From a virus (lineage: Duplodnaviria > Caudoviricetes), in IMG/VR virus record IMGVR_UViG_3300044846_003474, positions 44,261 to 108,260 of that record: a stretch of DNA of 64,000 nucleotides. One strand, given 5' to 3'. The position numbers were made by a program, and so were the translations under genes. The notes under the pieces are model-generated. The model saw only the letters and a program-made list of their open reading frames with translations, made no database searches and was not told the origin of the DNA. The number at the start of each line of letters is the position of its first letter. The first letter of the stretch is position 1. Below are positions 18,012 through 28,811 of the stretch, one piece after another.

Positions 18012-18509
18012 TTATTTTACTTCAAACGCATGAAGTAATATACGTTTTTTCTTGGTTGAATCCTCGTGGTTACCGATCACCACACCATCTTTGATTGTGA
18101 AGGCGTGACGGCTAACTAACATAAAGAATGTCCCAACAGGGTTTTGTTTTGTAAACGTACCCACAGTCATTTTACGGTTAACTTTTTCACCCTTTACGTT
18201 AACAGTATACTCCAAAGTGTGTCTACTACGGTAATTGTTTAATTTACCAATACATTTAACTTTTTTGTAATTTACTTGATTTCTATTTTCTGCAAGTTTG
18301 GTCATTTTATCTACGGTACCATACGTCCCTTTACGATCTCTACGACCAAAATTTTCTCTAACGTATTTGTGAGCGTAATCGTAAGACACATCAAAACAAG
18401 ATGCAAATGCTCTTACAACACAGTCGTTGGTTTCACGTTTTGCAATTACGGATTCTTCATAACCTTTGATTGCTTTTTCTGTAGTACAATATGGTAGTGT
18501 GTCTTTCAT
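18012..18509 (-). CDS. Hypothetical phage protein
   Basis: ETNDCVVRAFA...HAFTIKDG (Cys/His pair); likely start MKDT. Confidence 0.7.
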   Translation of the reverse strand: MKDTLPYCTTEKAIKGYEESVIAKRETNDCVVRAFASCFDVSYDYAHKYVRENFGRRDRKGTYGTVDKMTKLAENRNQVNYKKVKCIGKLNNYRSRHTLEYTVNVKGEKVNRKMTVGTFTKQNPVGTFFMLVSRHAFTIKDGVVIGNHEDSTKKKRILLHAFEVK

Positions 18510-18709
18510 ACTGTAAAGATACGAAATCTTTTTCAATTGGCAAAATGGTTAATCATTTTGTTATATATAATTTTTCTTCTGATTCCATCATTTCTTTAAT
18601 GTATGCTATAAATTCCTCAGAGTTGATAAACTCATTGTGGATCTCTTCAAATATATCTTCCATATAATTTTATTTAATATAAAAACCCCCATTTTACAGG
18701 GGGTGTTTT

Positions 18710-19429
18710 TTAGTTGTACAACATTTGGATCAACTCTTTGTCAATCTCTGTGTATTCAGTAGTCTCAGTCCACCCTTGAAAGAAGATACTCTCAGGGTAG
18801 TCATAAGAGTCGTTACACAAACCCAATGATTGGGTTAACTCCTCACGTAACAAGTGTTTTTGACCGTCATTAGTACTTGTTCTATTAACATCAACATACA
18901 TTGTGGCTTTTGTTAAATTTTCACCTCCGTATGCAATAAATAAACCTTGATTGTTTTCAGTATATCCAATAGACTCTTTATCGTAGTTGTTATAATCTTG
19001 TTGAGACCCAAAAAGAATGAAAAAATTAGCGTCAGACTCATTATCCACAATATTGATATTGATAGTAGAAATAAGTCCGTTCAACTCACTAACAATATCG
19101 TTTAATTCTGACATCAAATAATCACGTTTTTCACCAACAACATAGATATTAATGTCTTGATTCCACTTTTTTAATGAAGTATTTCCACCATCAAACTCAC
19201 TTCCGTAAGCCACTTTATTGAAGTACTCTTTTGCCTCAGGAGAAAATTCTTTTGTTTGGTCACCACCAGAACCAACCGAATTATCCTCGGCAAGAGATTT
19301 GTTAATTTCTTTAGAAACTTCTTCTTTAAGATCTGAAAATTCATGTCTCATACCTTTGTTGACATCACTGTTAACAAAGAAACAATAGATACTGAAGATT
19401 GCGATTGAAACGACTAATAATTTTTTCAT
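18710..19429 (-). CDS. Exported DUF2927-like (zincin-related) protein
   Basis: Signal/TM N-terminus; LREELTQSLGL.NDS...SIF. Confidence 0.65.
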   Translation of the reverse strand: MKKLLVVSIAIFSIYCFFVNSDVNKGMRHEFSDLKEEVSKEINKSLAEDNSVGSGGDQTKEFSPEAKEYFNKVAYGSEFDGGNTSLKKWNQDINIYVVGEKRDYLMSELNDIVSELNGLISTININIVDNESDANFFILFGSQQDYNNYDKESIGYTENNQGLFIAYGGENLTKATMYVDVNRTSTNDGQKHLLREELTQSLGLCNDSYDYPESIFFQGWTETTEYTEIDKELIQMLYN

Positions 19430-19513
19430 AATTTTTTGGGGGGGTTTTAAATGAGTACTCTACAAAGATACAAAATTAATTGGGTCTGCCAAACATATTT
19501 TAAAAAAAAATAG

Positions 19514-19587
19514 TACACCCGCCAGGATTCAAACCTGGGGCCTAATCATTAGAAGTGATTTGCTCTATTCGGCTGAGCTACGGGTGC
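19514..19587 (-). tRNA. tRNA-Arg(TCT)
   Basis: GCACCCG/CGGGTGT acceptor, AATCA-CTTCTAA-TGATT arm. Confidence 0.88.
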
Positions 19588-19593
19588 ATATTG

Positions 19594-19770
19594 TTAAACT
19601 TTTTTAACTTCGTATTTGTGACCTGAATCGGTATTAGTGTTAAAAATATTAACCATATCTTGAGCCTTATCTTTATTGTCAAATTCCCACACTTCTCCTT
19701 GGGTGTCTAATAGAATTACAGGTAATTTCCTGTCATTATGTGTTTTTACGTGTTTGATTATTATATACAT
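19594..19770 (-). CDS. Small hypothetical protein (58 aa)
   Basis: MYIIIKHVK...LPVILLDTQGEVWEF...YEVKKV*. Confidence 0.6.
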   Translation of the reverse strand: MYIIIKHVKTHNDRKLPVILLDTQGEVWEFDNKDKAQDMVNIFNTNTDSGHKYEVKKV

Positions 19771-19806
19771 AAACCAATCATAAAATAAACAAATTATTAT
19801 GTCAAA

Positions 19807-20949
19807 TTATTTATTAATTTTTCTAAAAAAAGTCATCGTAGGATCATTACTCCTCCTATTTTTTTTACCTGGGAAATTTAACTTAACCATTTCTTTATTT
19901 GTGATAATTTTTTTATTCTCAGGAGTATTAGTCACCTGTTTTACTTTAGGTATTGGTTTTGGTATAACTTTATTATTAAGTAAGTTATTAATTTTTTCAT
20001 AATTAATAGATGAAACTTTCTTTTCTATTTTTTCAACGGGAGTTTTGACTCTATAATTTTTTTGGTTAAAAACCTTATCCAAAGATTCTTTACGTAATTC
20101 TCTAATGTACTTTTCTTGTAACTCTTCTTCACTTTCAACATAAGTTTTATCTTCTATTGGTTTGTAAGATAAAATTTGGACTAATTCAGAAATACTTAAC
20201 GTTTGTGAATTTCCGTCCCCTGGTTTGTAATATAAAATTGGGACAAATTCAGAAATACTTAACGTTTGTGGATTTCCGTCCCCTTTTTTGTTTTTACTAA
20301 TTTCCCAATATAATGACCTAAGTTTTGATCCCAAACCTGTATCCTCTCTTTTTGTTAAATTTTCAGAATGAATTCTTCGATAAAATAATATTTCATTTGT
20401 AAAATGAATTTTTAATTTTTTCTTATATAATCTACCCATAAAATCTGAATCAGCCGCGCACATCCATGGTTCAAAACCATTCATAGATAAAAACAATGAT
20501 TTTTTAATAAAAAAAACACCTTCAGCAAACATGGATTTACCTTTAACATTATTAACATTAAAATCACCAACAAAGTTTACTAACCTAAACTTAATAACAT
20601 CAAAATCATTAGATAAATTATTTAAAAATGATATGGAACCTTTTAATATAACATCATCAGAATCAAAAAATAAAATATTTTCAGAAGACGCAATATTCAA
20701 CAAACTATTTTTAATTAAGTATGGCCCTTTATTTTCTTTGAAATAAAATATTTTAATGTTCCCAGGATATAATTTATTTTTGATGTGATCGTATGTTTTT
20801 TGACATCCATCAATACCGATTAAAATTTCATATGACAAACCACTTGAACTTTCCATAAGTGAGCTTATACATTCATCAATATAGTGAGTGTTATTAAATG
20901 TTGGTACTATTATTGAAATGTCGTAATTTTGTTCTTTTTCCTCCCACAT
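19807..20949 (-). CDS. Family 2 glycosyltransferase
   Basis: ISIIVPTFN, IGIDG, ILFFDSDD, DSDF; short internal duplication GDGN.QTLSISE. Confidence 0.85.
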   Translation of the reverse strand: MWEEKEQNYDISIIVPTFNNTHYIDECISSLMESSSGLSYEILIGIDGCQKTYDHIKNKLYPGNIKIFYFKENKGPYLIKNSLLNIASSENILFFDSDDVILKGSISFLNNLSNDFDVIKFRLVNFVGDFNVNNVKGKSMFAEGVFFIKKSLFLSMNGFEPWMCAADSDFMGRLYKKKLKIHFTNEILFYRRIHSENLTKREDTGLGSKLRSLYWEISKNKKGDGNPQTLSISEFVPILYYKPGDGNSQTLSISELVQILSYKPIEDKTYVESEEELQEKYIRELRKESLDKVFNQKNYRVKTPVEKIEKKVSSINYEKINNLLNNKVIPKPIPKVKQVTNTPENKKIITNKEMVKLNFPGKKNRRSNDPTMTFFRKINK

Positions 20950-20952
20950 AGA

Positions 20953-21591
20953 TTACTTAATTAATGTATCTGTTTTAAATATTGTCGATAATTTGTTATC
21001 GTTATGTATTACTAAATGACAAGATCCCTCGTCTAACATAAATACCTTTTCTCCCATTTTTCCAATATCTTTATGGTTTGCACCTAATAACGATTCGTTA
21101 CAATGTCTTTGACATAACGACGCAAACATAGACGTTTGATTATCCCCATATCTTAAGGACATACGGTATTTTTCATTTTTTAGAAAATCGTATTTATATG
21201 GTTGTACGTGTATAACAAATGAATTGTATTTATTGATATTATCAACATAAATTTTCTGAATGTTGTCAACGTATTTATTACACATCCAGTCATCACAATC
21301 GTGTCTTGTTTGAATGTTTATGTTTTCTTTCTTTACGTATCTCACATAATCAGTTAATTTATTCTCAAAAAATATTATTGATGGTCTTTCTTTATTTAAT
21401 CCCAAACATACTTCATTAATTGTTGAACTTATTAAATCTCTATGTTCTTCATTTGCAATAACACCTAACGTGAAGTTTTTATTTGTTTGCAATAAAATAG
21501 ACGGTATAAAAGTTTTTTTTGAGACCTCAAGATATTTTTTTAATAATTCGTAGTCTGTAAATTTTATTCTCGTTGATATTAAATGTTTCAT
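20953..21591 (-). CDS. GT-A-like glycosyltransferase (putative rhamnosyltransferase type)
   Basis: FIPSILLQTNKNF, QTRHDCDD. Confidence 0.55.
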   Translation of the reverse strand: MKHLISTRIKFTDYELLKKYLEVSKKTFIPSILLQTNKNFTLGVIANEEHRDLISSTINEVCLGLNKERPSIIFFENKLTDYVRYVKKENINIQTRHDCDDWMCNKYVDNIQKIYVDNINKYNSFVIHVQPYKYDFLKNEKYRMSLRYGDNQTSMFASLCQRHCNESLLGANHKDIGKMGEKVFMLDEGSCHLVIHNDNKLSTIFKTDTLIK

Positions 21592-22466
21592 ATTATAATT
21601 TTAATTTCTTTTTTTTCATTATAAACAAAACACCCAAAAATTCTTTCCATTGCATGATTAGGAGATGGTTCAGGTACATATCCATATGGTAACACATCAA
21701 GTATTTTATCGATATTTTCATTTGTGAAATATTTTTTCATAACTATGTTGCTAACCCAAAATGTTGTACCACCAACAAAAAAAGGATTCTTTCCTGTTGG
21801 ATGTACGTTAATTAGATCATATATTTTCCCCATTTCCATATGATTAATATCATAATTATTATTTAATTTAAATCCAATCATTCCACATTTAGGATTTAAA
21901 GTAAATTCATTAATAATGTTGTTAACCTGATTTTTATTTTTTAATACACCATTCATTAAATTTTTAAACCAATCTTCACCTATTTTTTTTGCCTTATCAA
22001 TACCATATCGTTTTAAGGTGTTAGAAGGGTTTGCCGTATCACCTAAACCTTTTTTGGTATGTATTTTAAGTATTATGTCGGTATCAGCATCTACGTGTTT
22101 GTAGGTATATAGAAATCCTCCGATGTCCATACCTCTATTTGGGGATTTTATTATAACAGAATTATCTTTATACAATTTTATTTTATCTATAATATCAATT
22201 TGGGTTTGTTTGTAATTTCTTTCTTCTCTTATTCCAAATCTTAAGAAATGTTTGGTTACCTTATCCTTTGTAAGTAAATTATTTAATGATAAGTCAGGGT
22301 ATAATCTTAAATATTCTTCCCAATTAAAGTCAGATGGTAATTCATTTGGAATGTATCCACCAATATTAACATATAATTTATATGGGTGATCAATATTATT
22401 TAAATATTCTTTTATTTCATCCCACATATCATAATGATATAGATGAACGCATACGGCAATCTTCAT
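21588..22466 (-). CDS. Rhamnan synthesis F (RgpF)-like protein
   Basis: VHLYHYD, NRGMDIGGF, LKIHTKK, GGTTFW, HAMER. Confidence 0.75.
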   Translation of the reverse strand: MKIAVCVHLYHYDMWDEIKEYLNNIDHPYKLYVNIGGYIPNELPSDFNWEEYLRLYPDLSLNNLLTKDKVTKHFLRFGIREERNYKQTQIDIIDKIKLYKDNSVIIKSPNRGMDIGGFLYTYKHVDADTDIILKIHTKKGLGDTANPSNTLKRYGIDKAKKIGEDWFKNLMNGVLKNKNQVNNIINEFTLNPKCGMIGFKLNNNYDINHMEMGKIYDLINVHPTGKNPFFVGGTTFWVSNIVMKKYFTNENIDKILDVLPYGYVPEPSPNHAMERIFGCFVYNEKKEIKIII

Positions 22467-22603
22467 AAATTCATTTACAATAAATACACATAAAAACAAA
22501 ATAGGAACCGAAGTTCCTATTTTGATAGATAATTGAACGCCCCCCCTTTCTTTAGATGGTTTATCCTTATTCGGTATCTACACCAAACAAGTGTTTTCAA
22601 GTA

Positions 22604-24031
22604 TTACCTAATGTATCTACGTAAATTCTTTTTGATAATTGAATCTAAGTTTTTGTTGTTGTTTTTATTAATTGTTTCACTAATAACACTTTTAATTGAG
22701 TTGTTTAATGACTCTTCTAATGATCTTGGTGTTTGTGTTACCGGTTCTCTTATACCATAAGGACTTGTTGATCCTTGTAATTGAGATAATTGAGCTTCAA
22801 GGTTTTTTGAGAACATACCTAAACCAACTTTGTTTCGAACACAGGTTCTTACTAATTGTTTAGTTTGTTCCAATTTTTGTGCATATGACGCATCAACTCC
22901 AGCCAAATCTAACGCTTCCGCACAATCTTCATCCGTACCATATTTTTCACAATTTGATAATTGTTGTATTGCCGCTTGACAAGCCGGTTTATTTGCCTTT
23001 TGTTTGTCAAGATCTTTCAATCCTTGTTTTGCTCCACCTCTTCCTAATTCTTTTTGTTGTGCAACTATATCTTTATATGAAACATTTTTAGCCGCCTTTG
23101 CTTGTTCTGGACTCATTTTCCAAATACGTCTTCCTCCATCAGTTTTAATATATTCCATAACTGCCGAATCACAATATGCTTTTCCTTGTCCATCACATAA
23201 TGCTTTTAATGTTGTTTCGCTTCTAATTTCCGCAGTACCTGGTAATGGTCTTGTTCTTGTGAAACCAAGAGTTGATAAGAATGACTCAACCTCTACTGGA
23301 ATATCATAAAGTTTTTCTTGTGTTCCAACATCTGACCATATAAAGAATTTATTTGGTTGTGATTTAAACGGTCCTATTCTTGTCGACAAATTAAATTTAT
23401 CAATGTAATTAACACCATCATCACCAGTACCTGTTGCCAAATCTATTTTCACATAGTTTCTTCCATCTTCAGGTTTTGTTTTGAAAAAACTATATCCAGT
23501 GTCTTGAGTACCTAAATCACTTAACAAAGTGTCAATTTGTTGTTGTTGATCAGCAGTTAAATTATTTCGTTGTGATGCTAAATTTTGAGTTACCTCAAAT
23601 TCATCGCAATACCAACCATGTGCCGCTAAATAATTTAAATTTGGATCGGGACTTGCTTTAACTGCAGTTCTATTAATCGCTAAATAAGCCTTAGGGTTTT
23701 TTGCAAGTGCTACGGGATCCGTAGACGGTCTTTCAAACATATAAAGGTCTCTTCCGTCGGGAGTTAATATTTTCATAAAACTATCTCCAGCTTGAACGCT
23801 AGGGGCAACTTTACTAAAGGCGTAAAGATAATCTTTACCTAACTGGTATATTTTGGGGTCACTAACAGTATATCCTTTCTTTGTCCAACAACCAACATTA
23901 ACAGCTCTTTTTAATGGACTATCAGATACTTCAATAGGTAGTTCACCTTGTTCAGTTATTAAAGGTTTTACGTTACCCAACTCAGACTCAAGTAGGGACA
24001 TCATTCTTTTTATTTCGTTATTAATACTCAT
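22604..24031 (-). CDS. Leader-bearing hypothetical protein
   Basis: MSINNEIKRMMSLLES...LITEQ leader; second LEES...ISE helix at C-terminus. Confidence 0.75.
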   Translation of the reverse strand: MSINNEIKRMMSLLESELGNVKPLITEQGELPIEVSDSPLKRAVNVGCWTKKGYTVSDPKIYQLGKDYLYAFSKVAPSVQAGDSFMKILTPDGRDLYMFERPSTDPVALAKNPKAYLAINRTAVKASPDPNLNYLAAHGWYCDEFEVTQNLASQRNNLTADQQQQIDTLLSDLGTQDTGYSFFKTKPEDGRNYVKIDLATGTGDDGVNYIDKFNLSTRIGPFKSQPNKFFIWSDVGTQEKLYDIPVEVESFLSTLGFTRTRPLPGTAEIRSETTLKALCDGQGKAYCDSAVMEYIKTDGGRRIWKMSPEQAKAAKNVSYKDIVAQQKELGRGGAKQGLKDLDKQKANKPACQAAIQQLSNCEKYGTDEDCAEALDLAGVDASYAQKLEQTKQLVRTCVRNKVGLGMFSKNLEAQLSQLQGSTSPYGIREPVTQTPRSLEESLNNSIKSVISETINKNNNKNLDSIIKKNLRRYIR

Positions 24032-24054
24032 ATTGCTTTGTTTTATTTTTAATT

Positions 24055-24945
24055 TTAATATAATGCGATTTCGCCAGGTATTTCATTTTTACACAACGTC
24101 CAAACTTCTCTTTCGTCAATAGATGTATTACCAGTTTTTTCTTTTAATGATGATTCAGTGTTAGGACCAAATTTACCTGTTTGTTTAATACCTAAACAAC
24201 CTTGTAGTTGCCACACCACATTATTATCTACGTCTTTACAACCAAGTTTATAAGTACCTGAACAACTTTTATATTCAATAGTGTCACCATCTGAAGTTTT
24301 TGTTCCTTCTTCATCACCCTTATTACCACCATCACCCTCATTACCACCACCACCTTCTGTAGACCCATCATCATTAGCCTTTTCAGTTGCTTTAATTGCA
24401 TTTGTTAAGGGTTGTCTAATATATGTGTCCCATTTTGTTGTGGAAAATTTAGAAAAATCACCCACAAACCCGTCATATAAATCTTCACCATATATTGACT
24501 CATATTCTGAGGCAACTTTACAATAATCAGGTATTGATTTAATTTTTAATAATGAACTTTTAATCCCTTCATTATCTGTATCACCAAAAATAAGTAATGT
24601 TTTTCTTCTAAGAGCATCCCCAAGTTCTTTTGCAATTTTTTCATGTTCGCCATTAGGTTGAACTGGGTTACCCAATTTAGACGTATCACAAGAATTATGT
24701 AATAATTTAACTGATTGTTGAGCGTCTCCACCTTCCCATTTGTAAGCCTGAACACCACCAGCAATAACTGCCGCTCCTACCACAACCAATCCAGCCTTTT
24801 TTAAAAGACTCATTGGTTTTTTATCGTCTTCTTCAATTTCACTTTCGTTAATTAAATTAAGGTATTGTCTACCTGTAGATTTTTGGTGCATTTCCAAGAT
24901 TCGATTCTTTTCTTCTCCTGAACTATCAAATGATATTTTTTTCAT
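24055..24945 (-). CDS. Leader + TM + annexin-like repeat + peptidoglycan-binding domain
   Basis: EEKNRILEMH...LINES; GDTDNEGI...YESIYGEDL; VWQLQGCLGIKQTGKFGPNTE. Confidence 0.6.
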   Translation of the reverse strand: MKKISFDSSGEEKNRILEMHQKSTGRQYLNLINESEIEEDDKKPMSLLKKAGLVVVGAAVIAGGVQAYKWEGGDAQQSVKLLHNSCDTSKLGNPVQPNGEHEKIAKELGDALRRKTLLIFGDTDNEGIKSSLLKIKSIPDYCKVASEYESIYGEDLYDGFVGDFSKFSTTKWDTYIRQPLTNAIKATEKANDDGSTEGGGGNEGDGGNKGDEEGTKTSDGDTIEYKSCSGTYKLGCKDVDNNVVWQLQGCLGIKQTGKFGPNTESSLKEKTGNTSIDEREVWTLCKNEIPGEIALY

Positions 24946-24957
24946 ATTTTTTTACTT

Positions 24958-25188
24958 TTAAATTAAGGTATTACCTTTACCTCTTGTTATTTTATATAAT
25001 GATGACCAAGTAACTTTAGCGTCAAGAGTATTCGCAACACTTCTTGATAACCCTGTTTCCCATTTTGTTACGGTTGGGTATGTTGATCCACCACCCGCAG
25101 GTGCCGCATCTTGTTCTCCTAATTCACCATTCCTATCACTATAAGTAAATTTTTTCATTAACATTATAAGATCATCAAGACGTTCCAA
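24958..25188 (-). CDS. Small hypothetical protein
   Basis: LGEQ site, KWETGLSR...RGKGNTL; TATTTAT upstream. Confidence 0.6.
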   Translation of the reverse strand: MERLDDLIMLMKKFTYSDRNGELGEQDAAPAGGGSTYPTVTKWETGLSRSVANTLDAKVTWSSLYKITRGKGNTLI

Positions 25189-25294
25189 AGTAATAAGTTT
25201 TATAATAAATATTCAAATAAGCAAAAAAAGTAAAATATAATCATTAATGTTATCGTACTTTAAAAAATATTTGTATATTTGTAAAAAAAGATAT

Positions 25295-25792
25295 ATGAAA
25301 AGATTAGTTTTTATTTTAGCGATTATACCATTTATTACTTCTTGTTTGAAGTATTCTGAACCTAAATCTTTAAGTTTGAGTGGTGAGTATGTGATTGATA
25401 AAATCACTTACCAAGAAACTGATGGTGAACCATCTCCACAAGATAGTACTTACTTGACAGGATCAGTATATAACGATAATACAGAAATACCCGTATTAAG
25501 TACAATTATTGTTGGTGAGACTAAATTACATATGGATTATAGTATGATTCGTTTTGACCCTGTTCAAAATCAATTTGGGGGTACTAATTGGCAAACAGAG
25601 TATTACTATTTTGTACAAGGACAACGTACCGCATATGATTTGGGTAATATTGTGTTTGATTGTGAGAGCACAAGACGTATTTGGAAGATCCTTGATGACT
25701 CTAACGAATCATTAACTGTAAGAACATCAGGTCAGTGGGTTAATGGTACCAGAAAATCAGTGGTATATTCATTAACAAGAATAGGTCCTTAA
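25295..25792 (+). CDS. Lipoprotein
   Basis: MKRLVFILAIIPFITSC lipobox; TATATTTG promoter upstream. Confidence 0.75.
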   Translation: MKRLVFILAIIPFITSCLKYSEPKSLSLSGEYVIDKITYQETDGEPSPQDSTYLTGSVYNDNTEIPVLSTIIVGETKLHMDYSMIRFDPVQNQFGGTNWQTEYYYFVQGQRTAYDLGNIVFDCESTRRIWKILDDSNESLTVRTSGQWVNGTRKSVVYSLTRIGP

Positions 25793-25808
25793 TGGGACCT
25801 ATTTTCTT

Positions 25809-26108
25809 TTATAATATTTCTGTTTTTGGTAATTTAGTTGGATTTACAATATAATACTCATTTAAGAAATTTATTAATAAATCTTCATCCATATCAATAA
25901 AATCGTCAAAATCTTCTTCTTCTTCATCATCAAATTGGAAGAAATCATTATTATCATTTATTAGTTTATATCCGAATTCCTCGGCTTCTTCTAAATTAAT
26001 AATATCATTTCTGACTTCATCTTCAGAATCAAGTGTTAATCTAAACGTCACCTCAATTCTTTTTGTGTCTTCATAAACATAATATGACACCAATTCCCTA
26101 ATTTCCAT
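25809..26108 (-). CDS. Acidic hypothetical protein
   Basis: 99-aa ORF coupled to upstream gene. Confidence 0.7.
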   Translation of the reverse strand: MEIRELVSYYVYEDTKRIEVTFRLTLDSEDEVRNDIINLEEAEEFGYKLINDNNDFFQFDDEEEEDFDDFIDMDEDLLINFLNEYYIVNPTKLPKTEIL

Positions 26109-26728
26109 TAGTTATATTTTTTAAATCTCCTAAACATATCTAAAGATTCGTTTAACTTATTCAAGAAACCATCTTTTTCTTCTTCATCAACCTCATCAAA
26201 ATTGTCATTATAAATATCATTAACAATACCTTCTTCTTCATCAGACCATTCAGGTTTAAGATCTAAGATTGTATCATCAACCTCATCTAATTCAATATCA
26301 AAAGATTCTTCATCATCAAAATCAAAGTTTTTATCACCATCATATGGGTTATACATACTTAAATCTCTATGATCGTATTCATCTTCATCATCATCGTTAG
26401 TCATACCTAATGATATATAACTATCATCTTCATCATTGTCAATACTTGAGAAATCAACGGTACCATTTCTTAGATCGTCATCCCCATCTCCAATCATATC
26501 CAATCTACCATCTATAGATTCATTGATTCCCACATTTGTATAAGGTTTAACCTCACCTTTGTTGTTCACCGTGATCCCACCTTTATCATTTGCGAAATCC
26601 TGAACATATAAAGGTTGTTTGTTTTCACCTTGTGCATATTCTGTGACATACCCATCATAAATTGTTTTATGTTGGTCAAGGATATTAGTTCTTTCCTCAT
26701 TTGTCATCTTAAAAAAATATTGTGCCAT
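26108..26728 (-). CDS. Leader-bearing acidic protein
   Basis: MTNEERTNILDQH leader; INES and LNES sites. Confidence 0.7.
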   Translation of the reverse strand: MAQYFFKMTNEERTNILDQHKTIYDGYVTEYAQGENKQPLYVQDFANDKGGITVNNKGEVKPYTNVGINESIDGRLDMIGDGDDDLRNGTVDFSSIDNDEDDSYISLGMTNDDDEDEYDHRDLSMYNPYDGDKNFDFDDEESFDIELDEVDDTILDLKPEWSDEEEGIVNDIYNDNFDEVDEEEKDGFLNKLNESLDMFRRFKKYN

Positions 26729-26756
26729 AATTTTGTTTTTATTATAAATAGTTTAA

Positions 26757-27437
26757 TTATCTCAATCTTGCCGAATTACCCTTTAATTGCATCCAAAGAG
26801 TTAAAAGATCTTGAGAGTCTCTTCTCATTTTAGTTTCCACACTACCTAAATATCTACGATCAAGTTCGTCTTCGTCATCATTATCATTACCTTGATTTAT
26901 ATTATCAATAGAACTAAATGCCCCTCGTATCATTTCATCTCTAACCTCTTCTGCCATATCTAAGACTTCATCAAATGCTTCCTGAGTATCATCACTAAAT
27001 TCATTATATTTGTGTTCGTGTTCAATTCTTTCTTTACCTAAATAAAGATACTGGCCCGCTTGGAACATATTAGTAACACTTGAGAGTCTTAAAGCGTCAA
27101 GGAATTTTTTAATCAATCGTATGTCGTAATACTCAGATAAATCATTAAACTTTTCAGATGCTTTTTTTGATTCTTTTATTAGACCTTTTTTAGTCATAAA
27201 AAAACTTTCTTCTATTGTGTCATCTTGGACAACTCTCATCCATTTATCAACACCTTCAATTAAAGCCAATTTAGAACCATTGTCCCATTCAACATAATAT
27301 TGCATATCTCCCATTACATTTGCAACAGATTTAACAACCCCCGGTACTCCACCAGGAACACCATATTCATCTTGCATTTTAATACAGACAACCGTGTCTC
27401 CTTTTTCTAATGGTGCGTTTTTTACGTATTTTTCCAT
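26757..27437 (-). CDS. DUF4314-like domain protein
   Basis: GDTV...MQD...G..G.V..V......VEWDNGSKLALIEGVD; second domain LRLSSVTNMF. Confidence 0.6.
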   Translation of the reverse strand: MEKYVKNAPLEKGDTVVCIKMQDEYGVPGGVPGVVKSVANVMGDMQYYVEWDNGSKLALIEGVDKWMRVVQDDTIEESFFMTKKGLIKESKKASEKFNDLSEYYDIRLIKKFLDALRLSSVTNMFQAGQYLYLGKERIEHEHKYNEFSDDTQEAFDEVLDMAEEVRDEMIRGAFSSIDNINQGNDNDDEDELDRRYLGSVETKMRRDSQDLLTLWMQLKGNSARLR

Positions 27438-27471
27438 AATAATAAATATATCGTAATATTTATTATTCAGT

Positions 27472-28089
27472 ATGAAGATTGTAATAACTGAACATCAATA
27501 TGAAAAATTATTATTAGAGAGTAGTAAATCTATAATCGGTGATGAAATTAAACGTTCTAAAGAGTTTATTAAGAAGATAGTTAGATCTGTAAAAGAAGAT
27601 ACTAAATTGGATTTTAGTTTCTTATTTACATGGGGGGCAGCAATTGGAGGATTCTCAAGACCTGTTTTTAATTATTTTGAAGGTAAGAACCCTGAACTGA
27701 CTAATCAAGATTTGGCTTTATTGTCAATTGCTTGTGCGGTTACTTACTACACATCTAATAAAGAAAAATTAAGTAAATTATTAGGTATCATTAAAGAACG
27801 TGGTTTAGTTACTTCTTTTAACGAAATGTTAGAAAAAACAGATGAATTAAAAAATACTTTCTTATCGTTTGTTGATAGTTTAAAAGTTACAGGTCATAAA
27901 ATATCTAGTATGTTAGCATACACATTTATTATTCCTTTTTTATCAAAATTATTGGATATGAGTGGTGGAGCAACAAGTTCCGATATAACGGTCTTATCTA
28001 AAATAATATTAGGTTACTTGGCGGTTAAAATATCTTCTACGACTTTAACAGAATTAATTACAAAGATTATTGAAAGGTTCAGATCTTAA
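27472..28089 (+). CDS. Leader-bearing membrane-type protein
   Basis: MKIVITEHQYEKLLLES; several hydrophobic helices. Confidence 0.7.
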   Translation: MKIVITEHQYEKLLLESSKSIIGDEIKRSKEFIKKIVRSVKEDTKLDFSFLFTWGAAIGGFSRPVFNYFEGKNPELTNQDLALLSIACAVTYYTSNKEKLSKLLGIIKERGLVTSFNEMLEKTDELKNTFLSFVDSLKVTGHKISSMLAYTFIIPFLSKLLDMSGGATSSDITVLSKIILGYLAVKISSTTLTELITKIIERFRS

Positions 28090-28712
28090 AGTCCTTTTTC
28101 TTTTTTAAAATCCATAATTTTTTTAATCACATATTTTACATCTTTATCATCCATTTGATGTAAATTATGGTGAGTATTAAACCATCTTTTTACAACAACA
28201 TCAAATGGAGTTTTAGTTAATTTAGATATTCTTTTAAATCCAAATATTTGAGCGTCTAACTCATGTGGTTTTGTGTAATATTTTCTTTCTGTTTTTAGTA
28301 ATTTACTAACTTTTGTATTATATGACCCTGTTGTATCTTGATCAATGTGCCTAATTTCGTGTGCGATAATTTCATTTAATTCACCAATTAAATCATATAA
28401 TAATCTTTTTTTATTTTCAGAATTATATTCTATTTTAAGTTCTATAACATCATCTTTTGAAATCCAATCCGCATCAACCTCAAAAGTATCAATTTCATCA
28501 TTAATAGTAATTTTTAATTCAATTGTTAAAAGTGCATCAATTTTATCAAAATCATAAAAGTGTTCATCAGTTATCTCTTCAGGTAAATAAAAATCACCCT
28601 CATCGTTTTTTTTAAAGATTGAAATAATGTCTCTAACGATTTTTCTAATTTCTTCTCTCTTGTTATTATTCTCATTTAATAACGACTTTATTTTTAAATC
28701 TAAAAAACTCAT
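28086..28712 (-). CDS. HExxH zincin-like protein
   Basis: IAHEIRHIDQ ... YYTKPHELDA; LLNE near N-terminus. Confidence 0.6.
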   Translation of the reverse strand: MSFLDLKIKSLLNENNNKREEIRKIVRDIISIFKKNDEGDFYLPEEITDEHFYDFDKIDALLTIELKITINDEIDTFEVDADWISKDDVIELKIEYNSENKKRLLYDLIGELNEIIAHEIRHIDQDTTGSYNTKVSKLLKTERKYYTKPHELDAQIFGFKRISKLTKTPFDVVVKRWFNTHHNLHQMDDKDVKYVIKKIMDFKKEKGL

Positions 28713-28811
28713 ATCAATAAATATTATATAATGTTGATTATACTAATCAATTTAAGTGTCTTTTACAAAAAAGTATATGGAATTATTATATACTTGTTTT
28801 TGTGGTGAAAA

